Of a DNA stretch of 64,000 bases, positions 33,793-43,066 are shown one piece after another. This DNA comes from [Archangium] primigenium (GTDB lineage Bacteria; Myxococcota; Myxococcia; Myxococcales; Myxococcaceae): the NCBI RefSeq assembly GCF_016904885.1, contig NZ_JADWYI010000001.1:7369224-7433223 (forward strand), in the 5' to 3' direction. Both the position numbers and the translations under genes were made by a program. How positions within the stretch are numbered: position 1 is the first letter of the stretch; every line of letters starts with the position of its first letter. Below the pieces are notes generated by a model, which saw nothing but the letters and a program-made list of their open reading frames with translations, was not told the origin of the DNA and ran no database searches.

Positions 33793-34545
33793 TCATGGCG
33801 ACTCCTCATCCAGCAAGCGCAGGGGCTCGGAGTCACAGCGAGGCGTTCTGAAGCGACTGCTGCGTTCGCGTGGCGCGCAGTGGCCCAAGCGAACCCAGTC
33901 CCCTCGCCGATCACTCCATTGCTGGACTTCTCCCGTGGGAAAGTAGCGCAGAAACAGACGGGTTCCGTCCGCGCGTTCCGCGACCACGGCCGAAGCCATT
34001 TCGACGGCGATGCGTCCCTGTATCGCCGGAGCCGGGTTCCCGGGAATCAGACGAATCTCCGCCATGGCCACGTGGGGATCGAAGGCGTCCGTGGGCCAGG
34101 TGCCAAGATCGCCCGAGGACGGAGGGCTTCCGCAGGGGTGGTTGTGTATATAGCCCACCACCCAGACATGGGACGCGGGATGATCCTGATCTTCCACGGC
34201 GAAAAAAGGCCTGCACGTCCCGTGTTTTCCCGTGACGGGTTCGGTCACGCGCCAGGACAGGGACTCGTGCGTTCCGGCGACGTAGACCGTCGCGCAGTAC
34301 TCCAGGGACAAACCCATGATGGGCTGTTGATTGACGGGGTCGCACACACGAGCACCAGGAAGCTCGAGCAGCGCGTCCGCCACGTCTCGAATCAAACCAA
34401 TGGGGATGGAGGCATCCCCGGCACTCAACTCAGCGGCGGGAACCTTCGCCCAAGGGCCTCGAGGACTCGCGTCCCCTCGTGTCCGCGAGGCACCCGCACA
34501 ACCCAGTCCCAAGAGGAGGAGAAGAGGGACAAGTCGATGTGGCAC
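33793..34545 (-). CDS. Lipoprotein with a JAB/MPN (RadC-like) metal-binding motif
   Basis: Lipobox LLLGLGCAG. E...HNHPCGSPPSSGD matches the JAMM-type E-x(n)-HxH-x(6-7)-S-xx-D arrangement. Confidence 0.45.
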   Translation of the reverse strand: MPHRLVPLLLLLGLGCAGASRTRGDASPRGPWAKVPAAELSAGDASIPIGLIRDVADALLELPGARVCDPVNQQPIMGLSLEYCATVYVAGTHESLSWRVTEPVTGKHGTCRPFFAVEDQDHPASHVWVVGYIHNHPCGSPPSSGDLGTWPTDAFDPHVAMAEIRLIPGNPAPAIQGRIAVEMASAVVAERADGTRLFLRYFPTGEVQQWSDRRGDWVRLGHCAPRERSSRFRTPRCDSEPLRLLDEESP

Positions 34546-34585
34546 GCGACATCCGCCTCCTTCGCGCCCCCATTCTATCAGAGGC

Positions 34586-35269
34586 TCAGGACGCGCGGGC
34601 CTCGGGAAACAGGCCCTCGGGCGCGAGCGGCCGCAGCCGGCGGCGGCACGTGGGGCCGATGAGCGTGAGCGCCCCCTGGGCCGCGAGCGACAGCAACGGC
34701 CGCATCAGCTCCGTGCCGCCCGCTAGCCCCGCGTGCAGTGGCACGCTGAAGCACACCGACTCGCCCTCGGCCCGGGGCTCGCACGGCGCGAGTGTCTGGA
34801 GCAGCCGGTACATGGCCTCGTTGCCCGCGAGCACCCGCACCTCGAAGCGCTCCACGTCCCGCTCGCGCGCCGCCTCCACCAAGAGATCCAACAGCACGCG
34901 CCCCAGACCCTTGCCCTGGGCGTCGTCCACCACGGTGAGCGCCATCTCCGCCACCTCGGGCGTCTCCGCCAGGCGGATGAAGCGGGCCACCCCCAGCCCC
35001 ACCTCCTCTCCCGCGTCGTTCCACGTCACCGCCCCCAACGCCACGTGCGTCTCCCCGTCCACCTCCGTCAGGTAGCGCAGTTCCTCCGCGCTCAGGCGGG
35101 ACTTGGCCGACAGGAAGCGCTGGAAGCGCGAGCGCGACGACAGCCGGGCGAACCCCCGGCTCAGGAGGGCCGCGTCCTCGGGGCGCACCATGCGCACCTC
35201 CGCCCACGTGCCATCCAGCAGCATCAACCGTTCCTGGTATTGCGCATGAAAACGGCGAGACGTGGCCAT
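34586..35269 (-). CDS. GNAT-family N-acetyltransferase
   Basis: The acetyl-CoA-binding motif Q/R-x-x-G-x-G/A is present (VVDDAQGKGLGRVLL). Length 227 aa. Confidence 0.75.
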   Translation of the reverse strand: MATSRRFHAQYQERLMLLDGTWAEVRMVRPEDAALLSRGFARLSSRSRFQRFLSAKSRLSAEELRYLTEVDGETHVALGAVTWNDAGEEVGLGVARFIRLAETPEVAEMALTVVDDAQGKGLGRVLLDLLVEAARERDVERFEVRVLAGNEAMYRLLQTLAPCEPRAEGESVCFSVPLHAGLAGGTELMRPLLSLAAQGALTLIGPTCRRRLRPLAPEGLFPEARAS

Positions 35270-35460
35270 CGGGGACCTCCAGTTGGGCCTAGAAGGTGGG
35301 CCTGTTGCCGCATTGCGTCAAGTCATCCCGGACGCCAGGACGCGTGCTGTGCGGACTGGTGGACAGGCCATGGGTGGCGGCAGGAGGTTGCTTTGAGGCT
35401 GAATAGAGACGCGCCGCGTGCGTCCCAGCGGCATTCCCCGCCTGCCCGCCTGCCCTCCTT

Positions 35461-37110
35461 ATGCGTTCGCCTCCTTCGTCCCTGCCCCGATTCGCCTCCC
35501 TCGCCGCGCTCATGCTGGTGAGCAGCGGCTGTAATTCCGCCTACCGCGAGGCCTTCGCCCGCGCCAAGGACGCGGCGCTCCGGGGTGACAACCTCACCGC
35601 GGCCCGGAGCTACCGGGATGCCTGCCGCGCCTCCCCCGATGACGCCGAGGCCTGTGGCCGCGTGCCCGTCTTCTCCGTCAAGGCCACGGATCAGGCCCTG
35701 CAGAACTCCCGGCCGGCGTGTGCCGCGGGAGACCTCGATCAGTGTCTGCCGCCCCTGCTCGACGCGCGGGATCTGATGCCGGATCACCCCGAGGTCAACG
35801 CCCAGCTCGCCGCGGCGGGCCAGCTGCACGCCGAGCGCTGCGCCACCCAGTGGAAGGACGACGGCCAGGTGGCCACGGCGGTGGCGGGCTTCGCCTGCCT
35901 CCAGTCGCGCGGCCACCAGCTGCCGGTGAACGCCTACCAGGAGCTGCTCGCCTCGCGCGCCCTGACCCTGTCCTCGCGCTTCGCGTCGCTCGCCACCACC
36001 GCGCGCGCGCAGGGCACGGAGGGCGCCGCCAGCGTGCTGTGGAACACGGCGCAGTGCCTGGCCCCCGCCGAGGCGACCCACGCCCAGGTGCAGCAGGCGC
36101 GCGACAGCTTCCTCTCCCAGAGCGCCATCCCCATCGTGGCCGAGCTCGGCGGACGCATCCCGGCGCAGGTCGCCCACGGGCTCGCCTCGCCGTGCCTGAG
36201 CCTGGCCTCGGGCCTGCCCTTCGGCTCGCGCTGCGCGGAGAGCGGCACCCTGCCCGGCCAGCCCGCGCCGCTGCAGATCCGCGTGGACGCGCTCATCCAG
36301 CGCGCCGTGGAGACGGTGTCCGAGGAGATCAACAGCCTGCGCTACGTGAGCGGCACGCGCCAGGTGCGCAACCCCCGCCACGACGAGGCCCGCGAGCGCG
36401 TGGGCAGCACCGAGCGCGCCCTGCGCGCCACCGAGAAGGCCCTGGCCGCCAAGGAGGCCGAGTGCAAGGGCGCCAAGCCGGACGCCCATGACGCCACGTG
36501 CGTGGGCTGCCCGAGCAAGCCCCCGAACCCGAGCCCGAACCCGGCCCCGTCGGGCACGGCGTGCGATGACGCCAAGCGGCTGCTCACCGAGCGCGACAAC
36601 CGGGCGCGCGAGCGTCAGGCGGCGGGCCGCGATCTGGACAACACGCCGGAGACCGTGGTCGAGGACGTGTACGACACCTTCACCTACCCGGTGCTGACGC
36701 ACCACTGGACCACGCCCTTCCAGTTCACCCTGGAGACCAACAGCGCCAGCGCCCAACTGCCGGTGCGCGAGTCCGGGGAGCTGCGGTTCGCGGACGCGGA
36801 GCACGTGGGCTTCCGGCCCGCGGGGCTCGCGGCGGATCCGCTGGACGTGCCGCCCGCCCAGGCCTACTCGGACGCCTTCCTCTCGCGGATCGCCCCGCAC
36901 GTCTTCTCGGCGGTGCAGCGCGAGACGCAGATGCGCGGCGCGGCGCGCCGGGCCACCTGCGCCAGCCTGCCCGCGGAGTGGAGCCCGAGCTGGGTGCAGT
37001 GCTGGGCCGAGGCCTCGCTCTGGGAGCGCGGCAGCGAGCCGCCGCCGGACGAGTTCCTGCGGCTGGTGGCCTCGAGCACCGGCACGGTGGACCAGCCCCG
37101 CTGCCGCTGA
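35461..37110 (+). CDS. Cys-rich hypothetical lipoprotein (about 17 Cys)
   Basis: Lipobox LMLVSSGC. No recognisable domain. Scattered paired cysteines (CVGC, C...C). Confidence 0.55.
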   Translation: MRSPPSSLPRFASLAALMLVSSGCNSAYREAFARAKDAALRGDNLTAARSYRDACRASPDDAEACGRVPVFSVKATDQALQNSRPACAAGDLDQCLPPLLDARDLMPDHPEVNAQLAAAGQLHAERCATQWKDDGQVATAVAGFACLQSRGHQLPVNAYQELLASRALTLSSRFASLATTARAQGTEGAASVLWNTAQCLAPAEATHAQVQQARDSFLSQSAIPIVAELGGRIPAQVAHGLASPCLSLASGLPFGSRCAESGTLPGQPAPLQIRVDALIQRAVETVSEEINSLRYVSGTRQVRNPRHDEARERVGSTERALRATEKALAAKEAECKGAKPDAHDATCVGCPSKPPNPSPNPAPSGTACDDAKRLLTERDNRARERQAAGRDLDNTPETVVEDVYDTFTYPVLTHHWTTPFQFTLETNSASAQLPVRESGELRFADAEHVGFRPAGLAADPLDVPPAQAYSDAFLSRIAPHVFSAVQRETQMRGAARRATCASLPAEWSPSWVQCWAEASLWERGSEPPPDEFLRLVASSTGTVDQPRCR

Positions 37111-37317
37111 CGGGCACATCCACACCACCACGGCGGCGGAGGGCATACACAGACACACGCCCTCCGCTCGCTGCATGACACATTGCGTCCGCCCGACAGG
37201 GCGGTGTCTCCGTTTCACTGGAGGAAAACACCGCCCCGGATTGTCTGTGAAGGAGCGCCTCTCTACCGTGGGCCCCGTGGAGCCGTATCCCGCCCGCCGC
37301 CACCCGAGGAGCCGACC

Positions 37318-37803
37318 ATGATGCCCGCGTCCCAGATGAACAACATGCCGATGCAGCCTGGAATGAACCCCATGATGGGCATGAACCAGATGCCGATGAT
37401 GGGCGGCATGATGGGGATGAACCCCATGATGATGGGCATGAATCAGATGCCGATGATGGGCGGCATGATGGGCATGCCCATGATGGGCATGAATCAGATG
37501 CCGATGATGGGCGGCATGATGGGCGGCATGCCCATGATGGGGATGAATCCCATGATGGGCATGAACCCCATGATGGGCGGCATGCCCATGATGATGCCCA
37601 TGATGATGCGCATGCCCATGATGGCGAAGATGACGTGCGAGATGGGCAAGGACGGCATGATGTGCCGCATGATGCCCATGGACGCCGCGCAGATGGAGAT
37701 GATGAAGGACTGCTGCGAGGCGATGAACTCCATGATGGCCATGGGAATGCCGATGATGATGATGTGCAACGGCATGCCCATGATGATGTGCGGCGCCAAG
37801 TAG
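37318..37803 (+). CDS. Methionine-rich low-complexity protein (161 aa; 75 Met, 6 Cys by hand count) with MNQMPMMGGMMG tandem repeats and a Cys-containing C-terminal segment
   Basis: Uninterrupted ORF. A GAGGAG Shine-Dalgarno sits 6 nt upstream of the ATG, and the stop is TAG. Internal 51/57-nt tandem repeats keep the frame. The antisense ORF 37494-37799 is an artefact. Confidence 0.6.
   Translation: MMPASQMNNMPMQPGMNPMMGMNQMPMMGGMMGMNPMMMGMNQMPMMGGMMGMPMMGMNQMPMMGGMMGGMPMMGMNPMMGMNPMMGGMPMMMPMMMRMPMMAKMTCEMGKDGMMCRMMPMDAAQMEMMKDCCEAMNSMMAMGMPMMMMCNGMPMMMCGAK
37361..37600 (+). repeat. Tandem 51/57-nt coding repeats (...aaYcagatgccgatgatgggcggcatgatggg...) inside the Met-rich gene
   Basis: The string cagatgccgatgatgggcggcatgatggg occurs at 37385, 37442 and 37493. 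Confidence 0.8.
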
Positions 37804-37888
37804 ACCGCGTCCCGCGCCTCACCCGGAGCCAGCGCCCCGCCCCGCGGGTCCGCTGGCTCTCGCGCGTCGAGGGGGTCGGGGGACGGCG

Positions 37889-38650
37889 CTAGCCCACCGT
37901 CTCCGCGTACGTCATCACCAGGTACATGACGGCATCCACGCCGCTCGTGTTGCGGTAGACGTGGGCCACGTCCGCCTCGAACAGGATGGCATCACCGGCC
38001 TCGAGCACATGGCGCTCGTCGCCCCGGTCGATCTCCACCGTGCCCGCCGTCACCACCAGGTTCTCCATCGTCCCGGGAGGGTGGGCGTCCGCCTGCTCCA
38101 CGGCCCCCGCGGCCAGGTGCAGCTCGTAGAACTCCACGCGCCGGGGCTCGTCGAAGGGGAACAGGGCCCGCGACACGAAGCTGCCGTCATGGGAGGACAG
38201 CCGCTTGGACTGCTGCGAGCGCATCAGCCGCGTGCCGCTCTGGGCCGTGGTGCTGATGAGCGCCGAGAACGGGATGCCCAGCGCCCGGGCGATCTTCCAG
38301 ATGACGTTGATGGTGGGCGCGCTCTGGCCCAGCTCGATCTGCCCGAGCATCGCCCGGCTCACCCCGGAGGCCTTGGCGAGCCGCTCCAGGGACAGCCCGC
38401 GCTGGGTGCGCAGGCGGCGCAGGTTGCGGCCCACGATGGGCGCCAGGTCGGTCGAGGACTCCGCGTGCGCGACCTCGTAGGCCCACTCCTCCTCGGAGGG
38501 CGGCGCCTCGGCGGCGGGCGGCGGCTCCGCCTTCGTCTCGCGCTTGCGGCCCTTGGGCGCGCGCGGCGCGGGGGCCTCGGTGCTCTCGGGCTCGCTCGGG
38601 GTGTTCTCTCGGACGGATTTCACGTGGGCCAGACCATGACCCACACCCAC
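37889..38650 (-). CDS. XRE-family HTH transcriptional regulator with a C-terminal cupin domain
   Basis: The HTH is LRRLRTQRGLSLERLAKASGVSRAMLGQIELGQSAP. The cupin beta-barrel is ...GDAILFEADVAHVYRN... A KR/P-rich N-terminal extension is present, and the start is uncertain. Confidence 0.7.
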   Translation of the reverse strand: MGVGHGLAHVKSVRENTPSEPESTEAPAPRAPKGRKRETKAEPPPAAEAPPSEEEWAYEVAHAESSTDLAPIVGRNLRRLRTQRGLSLERLAKASGVSRAMLGQIELGQSAPTINVIWKIARALGIPFSALISTTAQSGTRLMRSQQSKRLSSHDGSFVSRALFPFDEPRRVEFYELHLAAGAVEQADAHPPGTMENLVVTAGTVEIDRGDERHVLEAGDAILFEADVAHVYRNTSGVDAVMYLVMTYAETVG

Positions 38651-38932
38651 ACCGGCGTCCAGAGGCGCATGGGCATGCGTGCGTCAGCCGACACCGGCCG
38701 GGGCTCGCGCCGTTTGCGGAATTCCTGGAGATCGATGACTTCAGCGGCGTGATTCATGGATGGGGCATCTCCCGTGACACAACGATGCGTGTCCAACGTG
38801 ACGGACGCAATATCCGTTTTAGCGGATGCCCTGTCAATCGAACCGCCGGGATGTGGGGCAGACGAGCGGTGGAACTCCCGCGGCGCTCCTGGCGTAGGCT
38901 CGCCAGGCCCCTCGATGGTGGAGACGCGCGCC

Positions 38933-39301
38933 ATGGCGAAGAAGGACAACCCCCCTCCGGGCAGTGCCCACCCCTTCGCCCGGCTCCAGGCCCTGCGCGA
39001 CACCCTGCCCACCACGAAGCCCGAGCGGCGCGCGGAGGACTTTCCCGACACCCCACCCGCCCAGGGCCCCGAGCGCGTCACGCTGCGGCTGGAGGCCGGG
39101 CCCCAGGGCGAGGCGCGCACGGTGGTGGAGGGGTTGGGGCTCGGGGCCCCGGAGCTCCGGGACTGGCTCCACGCCCTCCAGCGCGGCCTCGCGTGTCCGG
39201 GCGGCGTGGAGGGCGAGCGGCTCGTGTTCCGGGGCGATCAGCGCTTCGGCCTGCCGAACCTGCTCCTGCGCCGGGGCGTCAAGCGCGTGGTCCACGGCTG
39301 A
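38933..39301 (+). CDS. yciH: SUI1/YciH-family translation initiation factor
   Basis: VTLRLEAG...RTVVEGLG...LACPGGV...LVFRGDQRF matches the eIF1/SUI1 fold motifs. The start was taken at MAKKDNPPPG. Confidence 0.65.
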   Translation: MAKKDNPPPGSAHPFARLQALRDTLPTTKPERRAEDFPDTPPAQGPERVTLRLEAGPQGEARTVVEGLGLGAPELRDWLHALQRGLACPGGVEGERLVFRGDQRFGLPNLLLRRGVKRVVHG

Positions 39302-39303
39302 CG

Positions 39304-39999
39304 TCAGGCGGCGGGCGTCTTGGGCGCGTCCGGCTCCGCCGTGGGCGCGGACGGCTCGGACGCCGGCGCGCGCGCCTCCTCGGCGGGAGCGGACGAGGCC
39401 GGGGCCTCGGAGGCCGACGGGGCGGGCCCGGACGAGCCCTGGGCCTCGTCGCACCGCTCGATCTTCTCGCCCGCGCGCTCCGCCTCGCGCAGGAACTGGG
39501 CGTACTCGTCCGAGCGCACCGAGGCTCGCGCGGCGACCTCGGCGTCCCGCGTGCGGGAAGCGGCCCGGCCGCGCAGCACCGCGAGGTAGCTGAACCACAC
39601 CCCCAGGGCGAACACGGCCCAGTCGAGCGTGAAGGCGACGACCCCGCGCTCCACCCACCCGTCGACGCCGTCCTGCACGAACTCCAGGGCGAGGACGAAC
39701 AGCTGGCCGAAGGCCGCGGCGCCCAGGGCGGTGGGCAGCGCGCGCAGCTCGATGACGCGCGCGGCGCCGTAGCACAGCAGGGGCAGCATCCCGAGCACCC
39801 ACAGCTTCTGCACGCCCAGGCCGATGGCGAAGCGCAGCCACTCGAAGGGCAGCGCCTGGACGCGGCCCACGAGCCGCTGGGACAGGCCCACGCTCACGAT
39901 GGAGCCCAGCATGAGGGCGAGAAAGCCGAGCCCCACGGTGAACTGGAGACGGCGGAGGCGCAGACGCAGCGGTTCGAATAGGGGCTTCGAGGAGGTCAC
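39304..39999 (-). CDS. Hypothetical membrane protein with an A/P/S-rich C-terminal tail
   Basis: Four or five TM helices, then a low-complexity SAPAEEARAPASEPSAPTAEPDAPKTPAA tail. Confidence 0.5.
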   Translation of the reverse strand: MTSSKPLFEPLRLRLRRLQFTVGLGFLALMLGSIVSVGLSQRLVGRVQALPFEWLRFAIGLGVQKLWVLGMLPLLCYGAARVIELRALPTALGAAAFGQLFVLALEFVQDGVDGWVERGVVAFTLDWAVFALGVWFSYLAVLRGRAASRTRDAEVAARASVRSDEYAQFLREAERAGEKIERCDEAQGSSGPAPSASEAPASSAPAEEARAPASEPSAPTAEPDAPKTPAA

Positions 40000-40048
40000 G
40001 GGAGGGCGAGCCTAGCGCAGGCGCGCCCCGCGCACCCACTTCCGCCCT

Positions 40049-40840
40049 TCACTCCGTGTCGTCGTCCGCCGTGCCGCCGGGCGAACGGGGAGGCGGGCCC
40101 TCTCCATAGAAGACCTCCTCCAGGAGGAGGCCGTGCGCGGGCGCGGTCGGCCCGGCGCGCTTGCGCTCGCGCGCGGCGAGCACCTCGGCCACCCACCCGG
40201 GAGGGCGGCGGCCCTTGCCCACCTCCATCAGGGTGCCCACGAGGTTGCGCACCATGTGCTTGAGGAAGGCCGTGCCCTCCACGGTGATGGACACGTCCCC
40301 GCCCCGCTCGCCCACCACCTCCACCCGGCGCACCTCCCGCACGGCATGGGCCGCCTGGCAGTCCGCGGCCCGGAAGGCGGAGAAGTCATGCCGCCCCAGC
40401 AGGTGCGTGGCCCCCTGTCGCAGGGCCTCCACGTCCAGCGGCGCGAACACCTCCCAGTGCGTGGCGCGCAGCAGCGGCGAGCGCGAGGGCCGGTTGCTCA
40501 CCTGGTAGCGGTAGCGCTTGCCGAGTGACCAGCGGCGCGGGTCGAACGCCTCGGGCACCTGCTCGGCGCGCACCACGGCGATGTCCTCGGGCAGCAGGCC
40601 GTTGAGCCCCCGCCAGTACGCCTTGAGGGGCAGCTCGCGCGAGGTGCTCAGACACACCACCTGCCCCGTGGCGTGGACGCCCGCGTCGGTGCGGCCCGCG
40701 GCCTCCACCGGGACGCGCTCGCCGAGCAGCGCCTCCACCGCGTCCATCAACCGGGCCTGGATGGAGACGCCATTGGGCTGCACCTGCCAGCCCACGTACT
40801 GCGTCCCCTGGTACGCGATCGTCAGTTTGATCCGAGGCAT
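40049..40840 (-). CDS. truA: tRNA pseudouridine(38-40) synthase
   Basis: MPRIKLTIAYQGTQYVGWQVQPN...GRTDAGVHATGQVV is the TruA catalytic Asp motif. Confidence 0.9.
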   Translation of the reverse strand: MPRIKLTIAYQGTQYVGWQVQPNGVSIQARLMDAVEALLGERVPVEAAGRTDAGVHATGQVVCLSTSRELPLKAYWRGLNGLLPEDIAVVRAEQVPEAFDPRRWSLGKRYRYQVSNRPSRSPLLRATHWEVFAPLDVEALRQGATHLLGRHDFSAFRAADCQAAHAVREVRRVEVVGERGGDVSITVEGTAFLKHMVRNLVGTLMEVGKGRRPPGWVAEVLAARERKRAGPTAPAHGLLLEEVFYGEGPPPRSPGGTADDDTE

Positions 40841-40841
40841 G

Positions 40842-42026
40842 TCAGCGGTACTTGAGCCAGGGGGCGAGCAGCTCGCTCACCAACTGGGCCACGGGGACCT
40901 GGTGTTTCTTCGCCAGCGCCTCCAGCGCCTCGTACTGGGCGGCGGACACGGGCACCGCGTGGGTGCGCTCGCCGGACGGGGCCTCGCCCTCCTCCGGCTC
41001 GCCCGGGGGCAGCTCCAAGTCCAACGTGGGCGGAGGCGGGGCGGACGCGGACCCCTCGGCGGGGGCCCGCATGCGCTGCTGCTCCTCCTCCAGCTCGTCG
41101 AGGAAGAGCTGCTTGAGGAAGTTGGACAGGTGCAGGTTCGTCGGGGTGAAGTCGTACGCGTTGAGGAAGCGATCCAGGTCCTGCTGGAAGTGCCAGGCCG
41201 AGGCGTAGCGCTTGTCCCGGTCGCGCTCCAGCGCCTTCATGAGGATGGCTTCCACCGGCTCGGGGATGTCCGCGCGGAAGTACGAGGGGGCGTACACCTT
41301 GCCGTCCACGATGCTGCGCATCACCGCCACGTCCGACTCGCCGGTGAAGAGCTTGAAGCCCGTGAGCCACTCGTAGAGCACCGTGCCCAGGGAGAACAGG
41401 TCGCTGCGGCGGTCCACCGGCTTGCCCAGGCACTGCTCGGGGCTCAGGTAGCTGAGCTTGCCGCGCAGCTCCCCCGCGCGCGTCGTCTGCTCGGCGCGGT
41501 TGGCCGCCTTGGCGATGCCGAAGTCGAGCACCTTCACCGTGCCGTCGAAGCACACGAAGATGTTCTCCGGCGTCACGTCCCGGTGCACGATGTTGAGCGG
41601 CGAGCCGTACAGGTCCACCTTCTCGTGCGCGTAGTGAAGGCCCTCGCACACGGACGAGGCGAGCTTGAGCGCGTACACCATGGGGAACGAGATGCCGAGC
41701 GACTCGGCCTTGGGCACCACCCGGCGCGTGTCCCGGCCGAAGAGGTACTCCATGCCGATGTAGTAGCTCTCCCCGACCTTCCCCAGGTCGTGGATCTGCA
41801 CGATGTTGGGGTGGTTGAGCTGGGCGGCGAGCCGCGCCTCGTTGAGGAACATGCGCACGAAGGCCGGCTGCTTGGACAGGTGGGGCCGGATGCGCTTGAT
41901 GACCACGGGCTTCTCGAAGCCGTCCGGACCGGGCTGGCTGGCGAGGAACACCTCGGCCATCCCGCCCACGGCGAGGCGCTCGAGCAGCTTGTACTGGCCA
42001 AACGACACGGGGGTGGCGGCGGGCAC
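40842..42026 (-). CDS. Serine/threonine protein kinase (Hanks-type)
   Basis: GGMAEVFLA and VVIKRI carry the Lys. HRDVTPENIF is the catalytic loop. Also DFGIA and SPEQ. Confidence 0.9.
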   Translation of the reverse strand: MPAATPVSFGQYKLLERLAVGGMAEVFLASQPGPDGFEKPVVIKRIRPHLSKQPAFVRMFLNEARLAAQLNHPNIVQIHDLGKVGESYYIGMEYLFGRDTRRVVPKAESLGISFPMVYALKLASSVCEGLHYAHEKVDLYGSPLNIVHRDVTPENIFVCFDGTVKVLDFGIAKAANRAEQTTRAGELRGKLSYLSPEQCLGKPVDRRSDLFSLGTVLYEWLTGFKLFTGESDVAVMRSIVDGKVYAPSYFRADIPEPVEAILMKALERDRDKRYASAWHFQQDLDRFLNAYDFTPTNLHLSNFLKQLFLDELEEEQQRMRAPAEGSASAPPPPTLDLELPPGEPEEGEAPSGERTHAVPVSAAQYEALEALAKKHQVPVAQLVSELLAPWLKYR

Positions 42027-42085
42027 GGGACGGGCAGGATAGCGCCTTCGGGGCTCGCGCGGCCACGAGACTCGTCACCCGGGCC

Positions 42086-43066
42086 TCACGTCAGCTCCAG
42101 CACCCGCACCTTCAGGGCGGCCGGATGCTCCGCCGACGCCGGGAAGTCCACCGGCGAGGGACCCAGGCTCGTGAAGGGCCCTCCCCGGCGGCCCGCCCGG
42201 GCCACGCCCTCGGTCACCTGGGCCTCGAAGCGACGCGGCGCCAGCGTGGCCAGGTTGCAGCACGCCACCAGCCGCCCGCCCGGCGCCACCACCCGCGCGC
42301 AGGCCTCCGCCAGGGAGGCGTAGTCCCGCGCCGCCGAGAAGCGGCTGGTGCGCGTGGTGGCGAACGAGGGCGGGTCCGCCACCACCACGTCGAACGTCTC
42401 GCCCTTGCGCGCCAGGCGCTCGAGCCAGTCGAACACGTCCCCCGCGACATAGTCGTAGCGGTCCACGTCCTGCGCGTTGAGGCGCGCGTTTTCCTCGCCC
42501 CAATCCAGCACGCGCCGGCTCGCGTCCAGGTTGAGCACCCGCCGCGCCCCCCCCGCCCGCGCCGCCACGCCGAACCCGCAGGTGTACGAGAAGAGGTTGA
42601 GCACCGAGAGGCCCCGCGCCTGCTCCGCCAGCCACGCCCGCGTGTCGCGCATGTCCAGGTACAACCCCACCGACAGCCCCTGCGCCGGGCGGATGAGGAA
42701 GCGCCACCCGTTCTCCCGCGCCACCAGCGACTCCACCGGCGCGCCCCGCATGGCCTCCTCGGGGGCGAGCGCCTCCCGGGCCACGTTGGCCAGGTGCCGC
42801 GCCTCGCGGGGCCGGCGCTTGAGGTACACGCTCGTGGGCGCCCACGCCGCGTCCATCGCCTCCAGCAGGTCCCGCTCCTCGTCGGCGGAGAAGTCCCGGT
42901 AGAGGCTCACCACGTGCAGGGACTCGAAGAGGTCCACCGTCACGTCCGGCACCCCGTCCGGCGCGCCATTCACGAGCCGGTAGGCCGTGGTCCGGGGCTC
43001 CTCCCGCAGCGGGGCCCGCCGCTCCCGGGCCCGCCGCAGGGCCTCCACCCAGCGCGCGCCGCTCAT
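42086..43066 (-). CDS. Class I SAM-dependent rRNA methyltransferase (RlmI/RlmK-like)
   Basis: DPPSF is the N/C5-methyltransferase motif IV. A Rossmann fold (LNLFSYTCGFGVAA) is present. The start was taken at MSGARWVEAL, overlapping the upstream stop (ATGA). Confidence 0.7.
   Translation of the reverse strand: MSGARWVEALRRARERRAPLREEPRTTAYRLVNGAPDGVPDVTVDLFESLHVVSLYRDFSADEERDLLEAMDAAWAPTSVYLKRRPREARHLANVAREALAPEEAMRGAPVESLVARENGWRFLIRPAQGLSVGLYLDMRDTRAWLAEQARGLSVLNLFSYTCGFGVAARAGGARRVLNLDASRRVLDWGEENARLNAQDVDRYDYVAGDVFDWLERLARKGETFDVVVADPPSFATTRTSRFSAARDYASLAEACARVVAPGGRLVACCNLATLAPRRFEAQVTEGVARAGRRGGPFTSLGPSPVDFPASAEHPAALKVRVLELT

Noticed and set aside
37494-37799. 101-aa Ile/Met/Gly-rich ORF antisense to the Met-rich gene
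   Set aside because: Reverse complement of the ATG-rich repeats (CAT = His/Ile frame artefact). The sense ORF has the Shine-Dalgarno and is longer.
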